Shown: positions 49,840-60,819 of the stretch, piece by piece | Layout: each line of letters opens with the position of its first letter | How positions within the stretch are numbered: the first letter of the stretch is position 1 | DNA from: Anthoceros angustus | Lineage: Eukaryota; Plantae; Anthocerotophyta | Assembly: GCA_010909165.1 (NCBI GenBank) | Contig: MU008176.1 | Location: 798,856-862,855 of the forward strand | Direction of reading: 5' to 3' | Length of the DNA stretch: 64,000 nt | The notes under the pieces: model-generated | What the model saw: only the letters and a program-made list of their open reading frames with translations | The model's database searches: none | What the model was told of the DNA's origin: nothing | Translations under genes and position numbers: made by a program

Positions 49840-51302
49840 TTAGAACTCCATAGAATTTGGAGAGGGGCCTATTTTCTCTTTTGACTCTTTGTCGTTCCAC
49901 GACTCGAAGATCTTATAATCGTTACCGTAAAAATTATAACCATGTGGAGGACAAAGCTCAATATCGATCCATCTGGTCCTTGCTTCTAGTTCACTATTGG
50001 TCATTTCTTCCAATGAGGTATTGGTCATTTGCACTAATGAACTATTGGTCAGCTTCCCGTGAACTGGTCATTTGCCCCGTGGAACTTGGTCATTTGATCA
50101 GAATGAATTGTTGATTATTTGTTCCAATAATGAACTTGTGCTCATTTGTTCTAGTGAATTGTACTGATCTGAAAGAAGATTCAATTCGTCTAGTGACCTA
50201 TACTCATCTAAAAGAAAATTTTCCACTTCCACATTACAATCCGATATCATTCACCAATCATACATATTTTCTCATTACTGGGAATGTTGTAAGACCTTAT
50301 TTATTACTTCGAGGTTGACAATGCCATATCATTCGTGCTTCTAGCAAACAAAGTGGTCCCTCGCTTGATATACATTTGTTGGTGTCTCAATTTGAAATAA
50401 CAAGCTCTTCTTGGACTTTTTCCTCGAGTTGCACATTATTGAATGACGCAAATCCTAATTTGTGACTCTCAGCTCCTACTGTTGCAGCAATTGTCTTCTT
50501 ATTTTTGGACCCTTTTGGACGTCCTCGACCTCGGCGTAGAGGTTTTGATTCTTCAAGTTCCACTACCAGATCGGCAATGATATTTGTTTTCACTTCTTTC
50601 CTATCATACTTGAGTCCATGAAATCTATGTCTAGCACCTTCTTTAGCAAGAGTCTTCTTATTTTTGGACCCCTTAGGACGTCCACGAGGTCGAGGCATTG
50701 GTCTCTCTTTCTCATTGTTCGTTGAATCTGGCTCTTCTCTTTCACACTTACCGCCTGTTTTGAGTCCTTGAAATCTACGTGCAGTGGCTTTGAACTTATT
50801 TTTGGATCCTTTTGGACGTCCCCGAGGTCGAGGCTTTGGTCTTTCTTCCCGCTCAATTGAATCATCTTCAACTTCCCTTTCAATATTTTTGCTGGATGTT
50901 TTGGATCCTTGAAATCCATGTGCAGTAGCTTCTATTGCGATAGAATCTTTATTTTTGGATCCTAAACTTAGACTTCTCTGGCGTTGAGGCATGGGTGTGT
51001 ATTCTTCATCGCTTACATCATCGTCCTCCTCATTTGAATTATCGTTCTTGTCGTTTTGATCATCGTCCTCGTCACTTGAATAATCATCGCCCGCCGATTG
51101 AATAATCATCGCCCTTGTCGCTTGAATAATCGCTGTCCTTGTCGCTAAATAATCGCCGCCGCTTGCTCATATCATTGTCCTCATCCCTTGAATAATTATC
51201 GTCCATGTTGCTTGAATCATTGTCCTCCTTGGTTGTAACTCCGATCATCTTTAAATTATTTCTCTTTATCTTCTTTGGTGTCTCCATCTTGAACAAAGAC
51301 AT
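49840..51302 (-). CDS. Orphan acidic / AT-hook protein, copy B
   Basis: ORF 51109-50387 has three AT-hook cores: PRPRGRPKGSKNK, PRPRGRPKGSKNKK, RGRGRPKGSKNKK. Flanking pieces 51302-51084 and 50034-49840 are in other frames. Confidence 0.62.
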
Positions 51303-51366
51303 GACATCACGACATACTCAAATAAAATGGGTGACCATTCGGGTTAGATGAGAACATTGTTTCAAA

Positions 51367-54300
51367 GCTCCATTGCAATCTCACACTCTATGCTTCCACA
51401 TCAACTCTATAAACGCCGAATGGTTTAAAGACCTCGACGCTAAAAGCATGGCTCCGTGATGCTCACCAAATTTTAAAGCTTTTATGGCCTTCTCAAGAAG
51501 GATGCGAGCTAGTCTTCTTATATTGCGATAGAAACCTCACATAAAGCAATTGCTAAGTAGTTTATAAAGCAAAGGGGCTAAGTAACATTTTCAACCTAAT
51601 AAAAGTAAAGTACAATCCTCTAGAAAATACATAGTACGACTAGACATATATACCATGATTCCAAATATATGCCTACTTAATAGTGTACCGCCATAAGTAA
51701 CTTTTCTTTTCTTCCTTATTACTTATATGTTCTATTGAAGGTTTGTTCTAAAAATATTATCTACTAGCTATACTATCTATATAAAATTCCAAAGTTGCTA
51801 GCTACATAAATAAAGTTCTCACTTTCAATTGCTAATGTTAGTTTTAGAACCCTTTTTCTGGAGGCTTCATATAATTTTGCATATTCTTTTCTCCCTCATA
51901 ATTTCTAAGTATCCTTACGATAGGTGAATTTCTTTAAACGACGGATAATAATATAGAGTTCAAAGACAAGAGTGGATGTTGAGATTCAAACTCTACCGAT
52001 ATGGAAGAAGGTGACTCAAAAGATGGCACTTTTACTCATGCCATATAACTAACATGATTATGGAAAGTATGTAGAAGTTATGGGAACGTCTAATTGCGGC
52101 CAATAGCAAGTAGATGGAAATTGCACAATATATATTCTTTCACGAGATGTGGAGGATGATTTGAATAATAATATAGAATTCAAAGACAAGAGTGGATGTC
52201 GAGATTCAAGTTCTACCATATGGAAGAGGTGGTTCACGACTCAAAAGATGGCACTTTTCACTCATGTAGTGGTATAACTAATATGATTATGGAAAGTATG
52301 TAGAAGTTATGGGAACGCGTTTGGTGCGGTGGCCAATAGCAAGTAGATGGAAATTGCACACATATTCTTGCGCTTCTGGAGATATGAGGACGATTTGAAT
52401 AATAATATAGAGTTCAAAGACAAGAGTGGATACCGATCCAAGCTCACACACATATGGAAGGGGTGGTGACTTAAAAAATGGCACTTTACTCATGTCATGG
52501 TATAAAAACGTTCTGTAGAAAGGGGTTTCTCTTGAAACCCCTTTTTGCACACCGACGTGGCCGGACACACTTGAAAAATCCGCACTATAATCGCCTTTTT
52601 GGTATTTCTCTGCGGACATGTCACCCGCAACCTTTTGAATAATTGTTTTGATACGCGTTATTTGAGATTGTAGATTGCAAATGCGTGGCAAAACCAAAGT
52701 CTTATTCTTGTTCGGCTTTTTCTTTCAAGTTGACACAAAATTGCAAACTTGCGCGCACTACATCTAAAGTCAGCCTCCAACACAGCATTGAAGTGTTGAC
52801 GATACAAACGCGTTTAGAGTTTTTAGGGCTTGCTGTAATTTTTGGTGTGCAAACGCACAAACCTTTCATTCATACCATCAATCCTAAGACTATACTCTCG
52901 CTGGAATTTTACAGGACTTTGTTTCTTAGACATTGGGACAATAATATCTTCGTTGACTTGATGCTCTTGATCCAGCGTGCGGTCACGAGAATGAGAGTGG
53001 CATGGTCGCACTTGAGTTGGCCTACGCCAAACGTCTCAAGATTCAAAAGATGCAAAAGGTTCTCACTACTAGTTCAAAGTTTTAACTACTAGAAAAAGAT
53101 GAGGGCTAAGTAAATATAAGAACATATCCACATTAGGGAGGTGCACAAAAAGGTTGAAAACGTCAAAGGACCATTTAAATCAACAAAATATCAAAAAATA
53201 CCAAAATTTCAAAATATCAAAATTTTAGGGTAAGTGCACTTGCCTCAAAAATTGGAATTTTTGGGATTTTTAAATTTTTCTTTGGATGAACTGTCTGAAT
53301 GCACTAGGAGGCATGAACCATATGGAGTTCATGCTCCTAGGCCCTTCTTGACCTTGGGTGCGCGACAAGTGTGAGAACTTGGGCCCCTTGCCCCACAGTG
53401 TGCACACAAGTGCGCGCTGGCCCCTTTCTGCGTGCGCACAAGTGCACGCGTGGCCTCCTGCCCCTTGGTGCATGCACTTGTTCACCCGCCTGGGCCCCTG
53501 GCATATTTGATGATAACCCGATTAGGTCACCGTAGAAAGGGCAGTAAAGGATAAAAAGGGATAGGGTGTTCTTTGTCGATTAGGGCATAGGATAGATATG
53601 AGAGCGGTCTAGGTGAACCTCCGCCGATGTCTACTACTAGTTATTTTGTTGGGAGTTCGAGATCCTCGGACCTCCAAAGGACATGTTTCCCCATTAGAAG
53701 ATCATTTTTCGCGTTCTTTTTGCTGTGCGGCGCGCAAGTTTATAGCATTGTGAGCACGCACTTATGCGCGCCTAGGTCTCCTAATACAAAACATAGAGAA
53801 CCACACAAATGCGACTACGGACATGGCGAAATTATGGAACAATGAGGTCATTGACCCTTCATCACGCCGACTAAATCGCCATGAATTAGAAGGCGCTAGC
53901 TGTAAATGACTTGAGTGGCACCGGAGGAATGCCGACCGATGGATGAACACCTACAAAAACAACAAAACCAAACCAAGTTGAGTTTTCGGCAAATAGGTTG
54001 GGTTTTTACCAAAACCCTTTGACAGAGAAACCCCTTTTCTACGTACGTTGTATAACTAATATGGTTGTGGAAAGTATGTAGAAGTTATGGGAACGCCTAA
54101 TTGCAGGCAATAGCAAGTAGATTGAATTGCACAATTCATATATTCTCGCGCCGGGAGATGTGGTGTTTAACCCTATCCTCTGACTCAAAGAAACACAACT
54201 AGAAAAATTCTAAGGATGTAGTGAAGGGATGTCATCCGACAAGATCACTATAATGAGTCCCCGACATTTCTTTCTTATGCTGAATTTCAGCTCTTTATAG

Positions 54301-57260
54301 TATTGAGCATGCTTTGATGTTTCCCACAGCCTTATTACGGCCGTTATTACTAACCAACATAGGGCCGCCTATCCGTCATCGCAAGGCACTTTGTAATTTG
54401 TACCCTACACAAGTATGGCCACTAGTGCAAAGCATGACGTGAGCCATGTGTTCAATTGATGGCCCGGCGTGCTCGCCCAATGCGCATGTGGAAGACCACA
54501 TGTACACTAACCCCTCTAAGTGCCGGATGAGCGATTTTTTTTTTTGGAGTGTGTTTGTTTGGCAGTGTCTTGAGAATCGGCCGGTAAGGTCTTTTTATGC
54601 AGGAATGGTCCTTGGCCCTTGGTGATAATAATTTTATTTTATTTTTGGACCTTAGTTCTCGACTCCGGATATGTAAGTCGGAAATAGAGTCCTTGGGTTT
54701 TGTAGTGTAGAAATAAGAAAGTGTCTATATATGTTAGGGGTACTACAACACCGATTCTTGTGATCAGAGGTGGCAGTTCCACCGAGCAGGGGCGTCTGAG
54801 TTTACAACCCTAGTGGCGGGCGGGGTGCCCATCGGGCAATGGCGAGAGGACACACCCCGCCGCAGTCGCGAATTTCGAGCCGGGGCGTCGGGCGGGCTGC
54901 AGCCAGGCTGGCGCGCATGCTGCTTCTGGTAGTCTACTTTATGCGGTAGGGCGCGTCGTCAGTCGGAGCAGTGTGGCCAGGAGGAGGAAACCGTAGTAGC
55001 GAAGGAGGAAAAGGCGAGACAAGGCGCCGAGGAGTGGAGGAGGCGTGCGGCGGTGGTGTTCCTTTTACGACCAGCGTTTGCGGTGGGTCGGGTTCTTTTC
55101 TTTTAGAAACAAGGAGAAAGGGAGATGGCGCCATGCGGCGAAATCCACCATGCATGGTGGCCCATGGACCCTTTGGAAGGTGAGGCAACGGCACAGTGCG
55201 GGGAGCTGGTGGGTTTATGGAGAAGAAATGGTGTTCTGACGGGACATTGGTGCAAGTCGTGACAATTGAGAAGTGCAAGAGAGGGAGGCGCGAGAAGAGG
55301 CATAAGCGGGATTTGGGACTCTTTCGAGGCATGTATGGAGGATGGAAGCTTGGTGACCCCCGGAGAAGACCACGAGGCTGCGCTCATGAAACTGGAGAAG
55401 TGAGAGGTGAACAATGGATGGGTGACTCTCGCCAACTCGTGTCTGCTTGGTGGTGGGATTAGCCAAGTGGATTTGTGTTTCTGAGCGGAAGTTGGATCAT
55501 ATGGCGGACCACTTCTGGTCTTTCTTCATGAGGTGGTTAAGGGTACACAAATCGATTGAGGCGGATGATCTTTGAAAGAGCACTGTGAGGAGAGGCGAAT
55601 TTGCTCTCCCTTCCTCGGCCCTCCTTGATTTCACCTTTTCTAATTCATGTGTTCGCGCATTAAGTGTCTAGGAGTTGGGCGTATGCGCCCTTCATAGGCG
55701 GAAGCCGTCGGGGAACTCAAGGTAGAGAGGAGGAGTGTAAGGAGGATTAGGGAAGGATTCCAGTGATTGGGGTCGCCTCCCTAGAAGATTCGGATGAAGG
55801 TGGGGAGGTTTCCAAGGGCAAGCGGGCGGCGGTGAGCGGGGTCGGAAGAAGGAAGGGCCCCGGAAGAGGAACCCAGCTACACCTAGGGTCACCGGTGAAA
55901 TCGGCGAGAGCGGGTGAAGGAGGAGAAAATAAAGGGAAGCGACAAGTTGTTCCCTCTCGGTGCGGGGCCGCTGGGAGGGAGATTGGAGCGGATGAGAGTA
56001 GTGGCAAACCAACCCCTAGAAGAAGAGGGTTAGTTGCCAAGTCATGTGAGCTCGGAACATTTTAGCGACATTTCAGACCCGTCCGGTGAAGTGGAGCGGG
56101 TGACCGCCAGCGTCACGAGGTGTTGTGGAGGAATGGGCACAGGGGCAGCTTGAATCTGCAGGAGCCGACTTGACCATGGCTCGAGGCGGATCTCCTCGAC
56201 CAGTGCCATGGCTCTCACAGGTAGTGTCAGGCCAGCGGAAAAGTTGCTCAAGGAAAGTTGGAGAGCCTAGAGAACAAGGTGGCGGAGGGCCTTGAGGCAG
56301 AATCTGGCCCTATATAAGGCAGGGGAGGCTAAGGGCCATGTCCACGCAGGAGGCCTTAGTGAATCGGTCAAGGGGCGCATGCTACAATTGAGGAGCTTCA
56401 AGATGAGGTCTCGAGCCAGGAACAAATGGAGACAATGGCGCCTCTGGAGAATTCAAGTGGCGGAGATACAAGCGAGAGAGAGATGAAGCTAGGGCGGAGT
56501 CAAGAGGCGTGGCCAAGAAGGCGAGCCACACCGATGGCCAAGCCACCGTGGGAAAGCCACCACCACGGTGGCTAAGCCGACCGTCGCGGAAGAAGGAACG
56601 GTGGGGAAGTCACCGGGGAGGCCAGCTGAGTAGAATCGATCCCCGGGATTGGCTGGATTGTCCACGGAGAGGGTAAGAACCTCTGTAGCGAAGGCGTATT
56701 GTGCTACGGCGGATGAGGATGCTCATGTCACAGGCACGCATGGTGCTCACTCTAAATGTGTGGTTGTTGGGGCAGGGAGGCGGCGCACATCTTGGCCGCC
56801 CAGGCGTTTACGATGGTTCTTCCGAGCAGGAGCGGGGCCTACCCCAAGTGGTGATTAAGGAAATGGCGAGCGAGGCGGCGTGGAGGGAGCACAGTGTGGC
56901 ATCCGGCGATGAGGAGGCGGGAATAGGGCCAGGGCACAGCGGCGCCCATGGAAGGGCCGCAGCGGCAGTCGAGTGGAGGTTTTGGGAGAATCGCTCGGAT
57001 CGGGCGTGGCGGAGGCGGGCGAGGAACCCCCACCCGGGCAGGCTAGCGGCTTGGCAACGCAGGATTTAGAGGAGCGACATCGCGGGCCAAGGGTTTCTTT
57101 TTGGGGTTAGAGGATAGGATGTTTGAGGACCATGAGCCGTGGTTACCAGATTGGTAGGGCGAGCCCGTGGTAGTGGGCCATATTTTCTATGAACCTTGGT
57201 GAGGGGTGAGCTGTGGAATCCACGGTGGATGTATAAAGACCATTTTGAGTCTCTCTTAGC
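51367..57260. repeat. Composite tandem unit 3 (partial)
   Basis: Collinear from the anchor through the satellite (51947-54162), TIR element and sense accessory ORF. Similarity is lost at about 57260. Confidence 0.88.
52505..54050. mobile_element. TIR element, copy 3
   Basis: TATA|AAAACGTTCTGTAGAAAGGGGTTTCTC ... GAGAAACCCCTTTTCTACGTACGTTG|TATA gives the clearest view of the outer AACGT termini. Confidence 0.78.
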
Positions 57261-58533
57261 AGACAATTTCGGTGTGAACTTCCGTGTGTTGCTATACGTG
57301 AGGTTGGTTGAGACGTCGACTAACATCAAACTCGTTCGATGCACCGCCTTCTCGTCACAAGAAGGAAGATCACTGGATGGTCGAGGCGGAGTGGCCAAGC
57401 TCACGTGCTGGGCGGTGGAAATGGCCGGCCGTGGGAAGAGGTAGGAATTGCAGCGGAGGGGCTGGGCGGGCGGAAGGCAAATCTCCCAAGCCACAAGTAT
57501 TTTTCTTCTGTTCTTCCTTCCAAAAGCTGCCACCAGGTGTGTTTAATTCCAAGGAAGAGTGGCCCATGGCCCGAGGAGGGGTGCTGTGGCCCAGAGGGCC
57601 GTGTGGAGGAGGGGTCAGTGTGGCAGGAGTCTGTGCCCAGGAGGGCTATGGAGAGAGGAGTTGAGGCGTGTGGGTGGGATTGTGTGCGTGGGGGAAATGA
57701 ACGAGTGAGAAGGGTGAAGTGAGGTGGGCGGAAGCGGGAAACTGGCGGGAAAGTGGATGCTGGCCTCGAGGTCCGTGTGTCTAACCCCAAGGATCCGATC
57801 ACGGTTAACGAGCGGAAGGCGGGCGCATCGCGGGTGGGGCCCGCCATGATGGTTGAACCAGCCACTACGTGGTTCGACCAGCCACCGATGGTTGAGTCCT
57901 CCACGGTGGTGGGTTGGGGCATGGTAGCGGGATACGGAGAGGTAGTGATCGATCATGGTAGGGCTAGAGTCTGTAGTTTTAGAACAACTTGACACAAAAC
58001 CATTCCCTTGGGACCGAATCTTAGGACTATAACGACATAGAGGGGTGGCCTCTTTGCACCGGATGCAAAACCCTGTTCCACATTTTGGCGTCGGATCGAA
58101 TCCAAGTTACCCGCGTGGATAGAGGAATACTTACCACTATACTACAACGACATAGAGGGTAAATGTGGCCTCTTTGCACCTTCGGATGCAAAACCCCGTT
58201 CCACAATGTGCATGCAAATAGTTTAAGTTCCAGGAAGGCTGAAGTCTTTGTGCATGCATTATAGTTGCAATTTCTATTTAGAAGGCACTCAATGACTCAA
58301 GAAGAAGAAAGGAAGGCTCACCAAAGTGAACTTAGTCTTACATACAAGCCACTGTGCAATCACATTCCTCTTTCCAGTTCATAATCCGTGTAGGGCGATT
58401 GTAGACTTCTGTACTCTCTATTTTGTGCATGTTTTCTTGTACGGGTGCACCACCACCGAGATAGAATACTCTAGTTCATGGTGGATCAAGTGAGATGAGG
58501 TCTCCTTGGTGGTTTGAAAAACAATTGTATTAT

Positions 58534-60583
58534 TGTAGGCTACAGACTTCCCTTGGGGTTAGGAAACAAGTTGGGTTTTGTTTTTTTCGTAGGTTCGAAG
58601 TGTAAAATAAGGCGAAAAAGGAGGAATAAGCAAGACCGACTCACCGTGTCCAGTGCACTCACCCGGAGTAGTACGGACCCCGCCTACGAAGAACCTCGGA
58701 CCGGCGCAGAGCACGGATAAGTCCGACCCACTCGGGGTCAAAACAGGATAAGTACACTGTGAAAGTAACTTGTGAAGTTGGGCGTGGTTAGGAGATGCGG
58801 GCGCCACGTGGACGGCCCCGGAAGACGCATGCGCAGTGCCAGACCGTATGCCGGAGTAGGCAGTATTCACGCTCCGTCTTGTGCGGCATGTCAGGCGGTG
58901 ACAGGCGGGCGGCGTAAGCGGTAAGCCATGCAGCCCACGGCGATTACGGACAGCAAAAGAGCCACCCTCCGTACGGCCAGTTGCCACATTTCCGCAGCGA
59001 GAGGCAAGGCGGAGGTCATTCTCCCAAGTAACCGCGATCTTCGCTTTCACTTTCGACTAACCGGTAGCCCGGGCGTTGTCTTTTGATCGCCTGCACCTTC
59101 TGCCGGCACGACTGCCGAAGGAAGCAATTAACGCCATGGCCAAGGGACGACATGAGCCTCACACTCAACAAGGGACGAAGGAGCGGGAAGATGGGACCCA
59201 AGAAAGCGCGGAGGTATGGGCGCCATGGAATTTGGTGGAGCGCAACATTGTCACCCCACTATCCGGACTTCGGGCCGTGGAGGAGGCGGGAGTTGGTCGA
59301 GGAGTGGCACTGACGCTTCCAGTCGTTCGACATTGTCACCCTAGTCCGGAGTACGCCAAGATGTTGGCAGCCAACAAGGAGGTTCGCCCAAGAGCCTTCG
59401 AGAGGACCCTAGAGGTGGACCGTGGAGGTCCCGAGGGCGGTACAACTGGAGGAAATTGGGGCGAGTCCCTAACCTCTCAAGGCCGAGGGAAGATAGAGGC
59501 GGCAAAGGCCGCCCCATCGGCTGTGAACGCAACGAACAACCAACCGGTTGATGCTACTGAGCGAGAGCCTGTGATCATTGTCCATCGGAACATGCTCACC
59601 AAGGTAGATCACCTTGGTGACAACCGGTGTTCCCGCATGCGCCGCAGAGAGGAAGGAGGGCGCATCGGGAAGGATCATCTTCGCCAGATCAACCGTGAGC
59701 TCACAAGCCGAGGTGTGAAGCTCCTCCGCCGGGCGTTATCCGTTTTAATTCTGTGTGTGGGCACGCGAACCTCAAGGAGGAGAAGAGGAGCTGCGACCCG
59801 AAGGGCCGCCGCCACCGAGGCGGGGAAGAACCTGAGGTGCCCGTCCCGAGAGCAAGAGAGCTGGAGGAAGACGATCGGGAGGGAATCCTGACCCATACGC
59901 TTGGAGCGGACTCCCCGCCACCAAGGGAAGTGTGAGGACATCCCTTCCTCCCTCCCCGGTGCCCCACCGGAGCAACCCAGGCAGGAGGCGGCCCTGTATG
60001 AGCCGGCGGCCCCAGCCCGACAGACCCACCACGACAGTCACCGAGCCCCGACGGACTGCCGGGGACCAAGAGGCGGAAGACGGTGCCACCCGCCAACGCA
60101 AAGACTCCCTGACGGGCGCCTGTTCTTGCCCCCGCCAACGAGTGGCAAGAAGTCAAGAGGCGAGAAGGGCGAAGGGACGCCCGCCCAAGGAGCGGGAGGC
60201 CATCGCGCAGCCCCACCCGAGCCGGACTGCCTCCCGACGGGAGAGGCAAGAGGGTCGGGCCTCAACCCCTCACCCCTCCGAGCCCTGTGGAGAAAGAGGG
60301 CGACGTCATGGGCAATATAGAGGTAGGGATAGGCGTAGGACTGGGTGTGATAACGTGTGTGTGTCCAGGTGTGTGGGATAAGTGGTGTAGGCACCGATCG
60401 CATGCATACTGTAAATGTGATGGCGTGAGTGTAGAGATAGGATGGCATCATGGCTGCATGAGCCATACGCTTAGAATACGGACAAGCATAATTAAGGCTC
60501 CGTGGCGAAGATCTCCTCCAGGCGTGGGCGTGATCACGGCCTTCTAATTCGGGCCGGTGATTAAGATCGGCAAGTAGGCTACA
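58534..60583 (+). mobile_element. Probable 5' LTR (about 2050 bp) of a related gypsy element
   Basis: Starts TGTAGGCTACA and ends GTAGGCTACA (TGTAG...CTACA termini). The first about 490 bp share ordered blocks with 28291-28789 (TTTTCGTAGG, AAAATAAGGCGAAA, GATAAGTAC, GCCACGTGGAC, GTATTCACGCTC, AGGTCATTCT). The 3' end is inferred. Confidence 0.6.
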
Positions 60584-60819
60584 AAAGTCCAATCCGTCAT
60601 TGGGAGCGGATTGTTGATGTCCGATTCAAGAGAACAGCCATGTGATCGTGCGTTTGGTGCACGTGTGTGATCCGGTGGTGTGTGCATAGGAGGAGAGCCG
60701 CCCAAATGGAGTGATTTTGCACATCAACAATCCCTTTGGGTGAAGCCACACGAGGCAAAGAACGCGACTCGAAGGGTTGAAGGAGGAGCCAAGATTCGGG
60801 CGGAAAACGGAGGGCCAAG

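Larger units (their letters stand above)
36105..51366. repeat. Composite tandem unit 2 (15262 bp)
   Basis: Collinear with unit 1. Lacks the 1-kb internal duplication and one satellite unit. Confidence 0.93.

Noticed and set aside
19959-57260. Array as a Helitron, CACTA, Polinton or DIRS/tyrosine-recombinase element
   Set aside because: No Rep/helicase, Tnp2, polB/capsid or recombinase motifs were recognised. CACTA-like words near 21927 and 37820 have no partner terminus or TSD, and the hairpin is internal rather than next to a terminal CTRR.
59076-59891. 271-aa ORF and overlapping ORFs to 60592 as genes
   Set aside because: They lie inside the inferred GC-rich LTR, are open in several frames on both strands and carry no motif.
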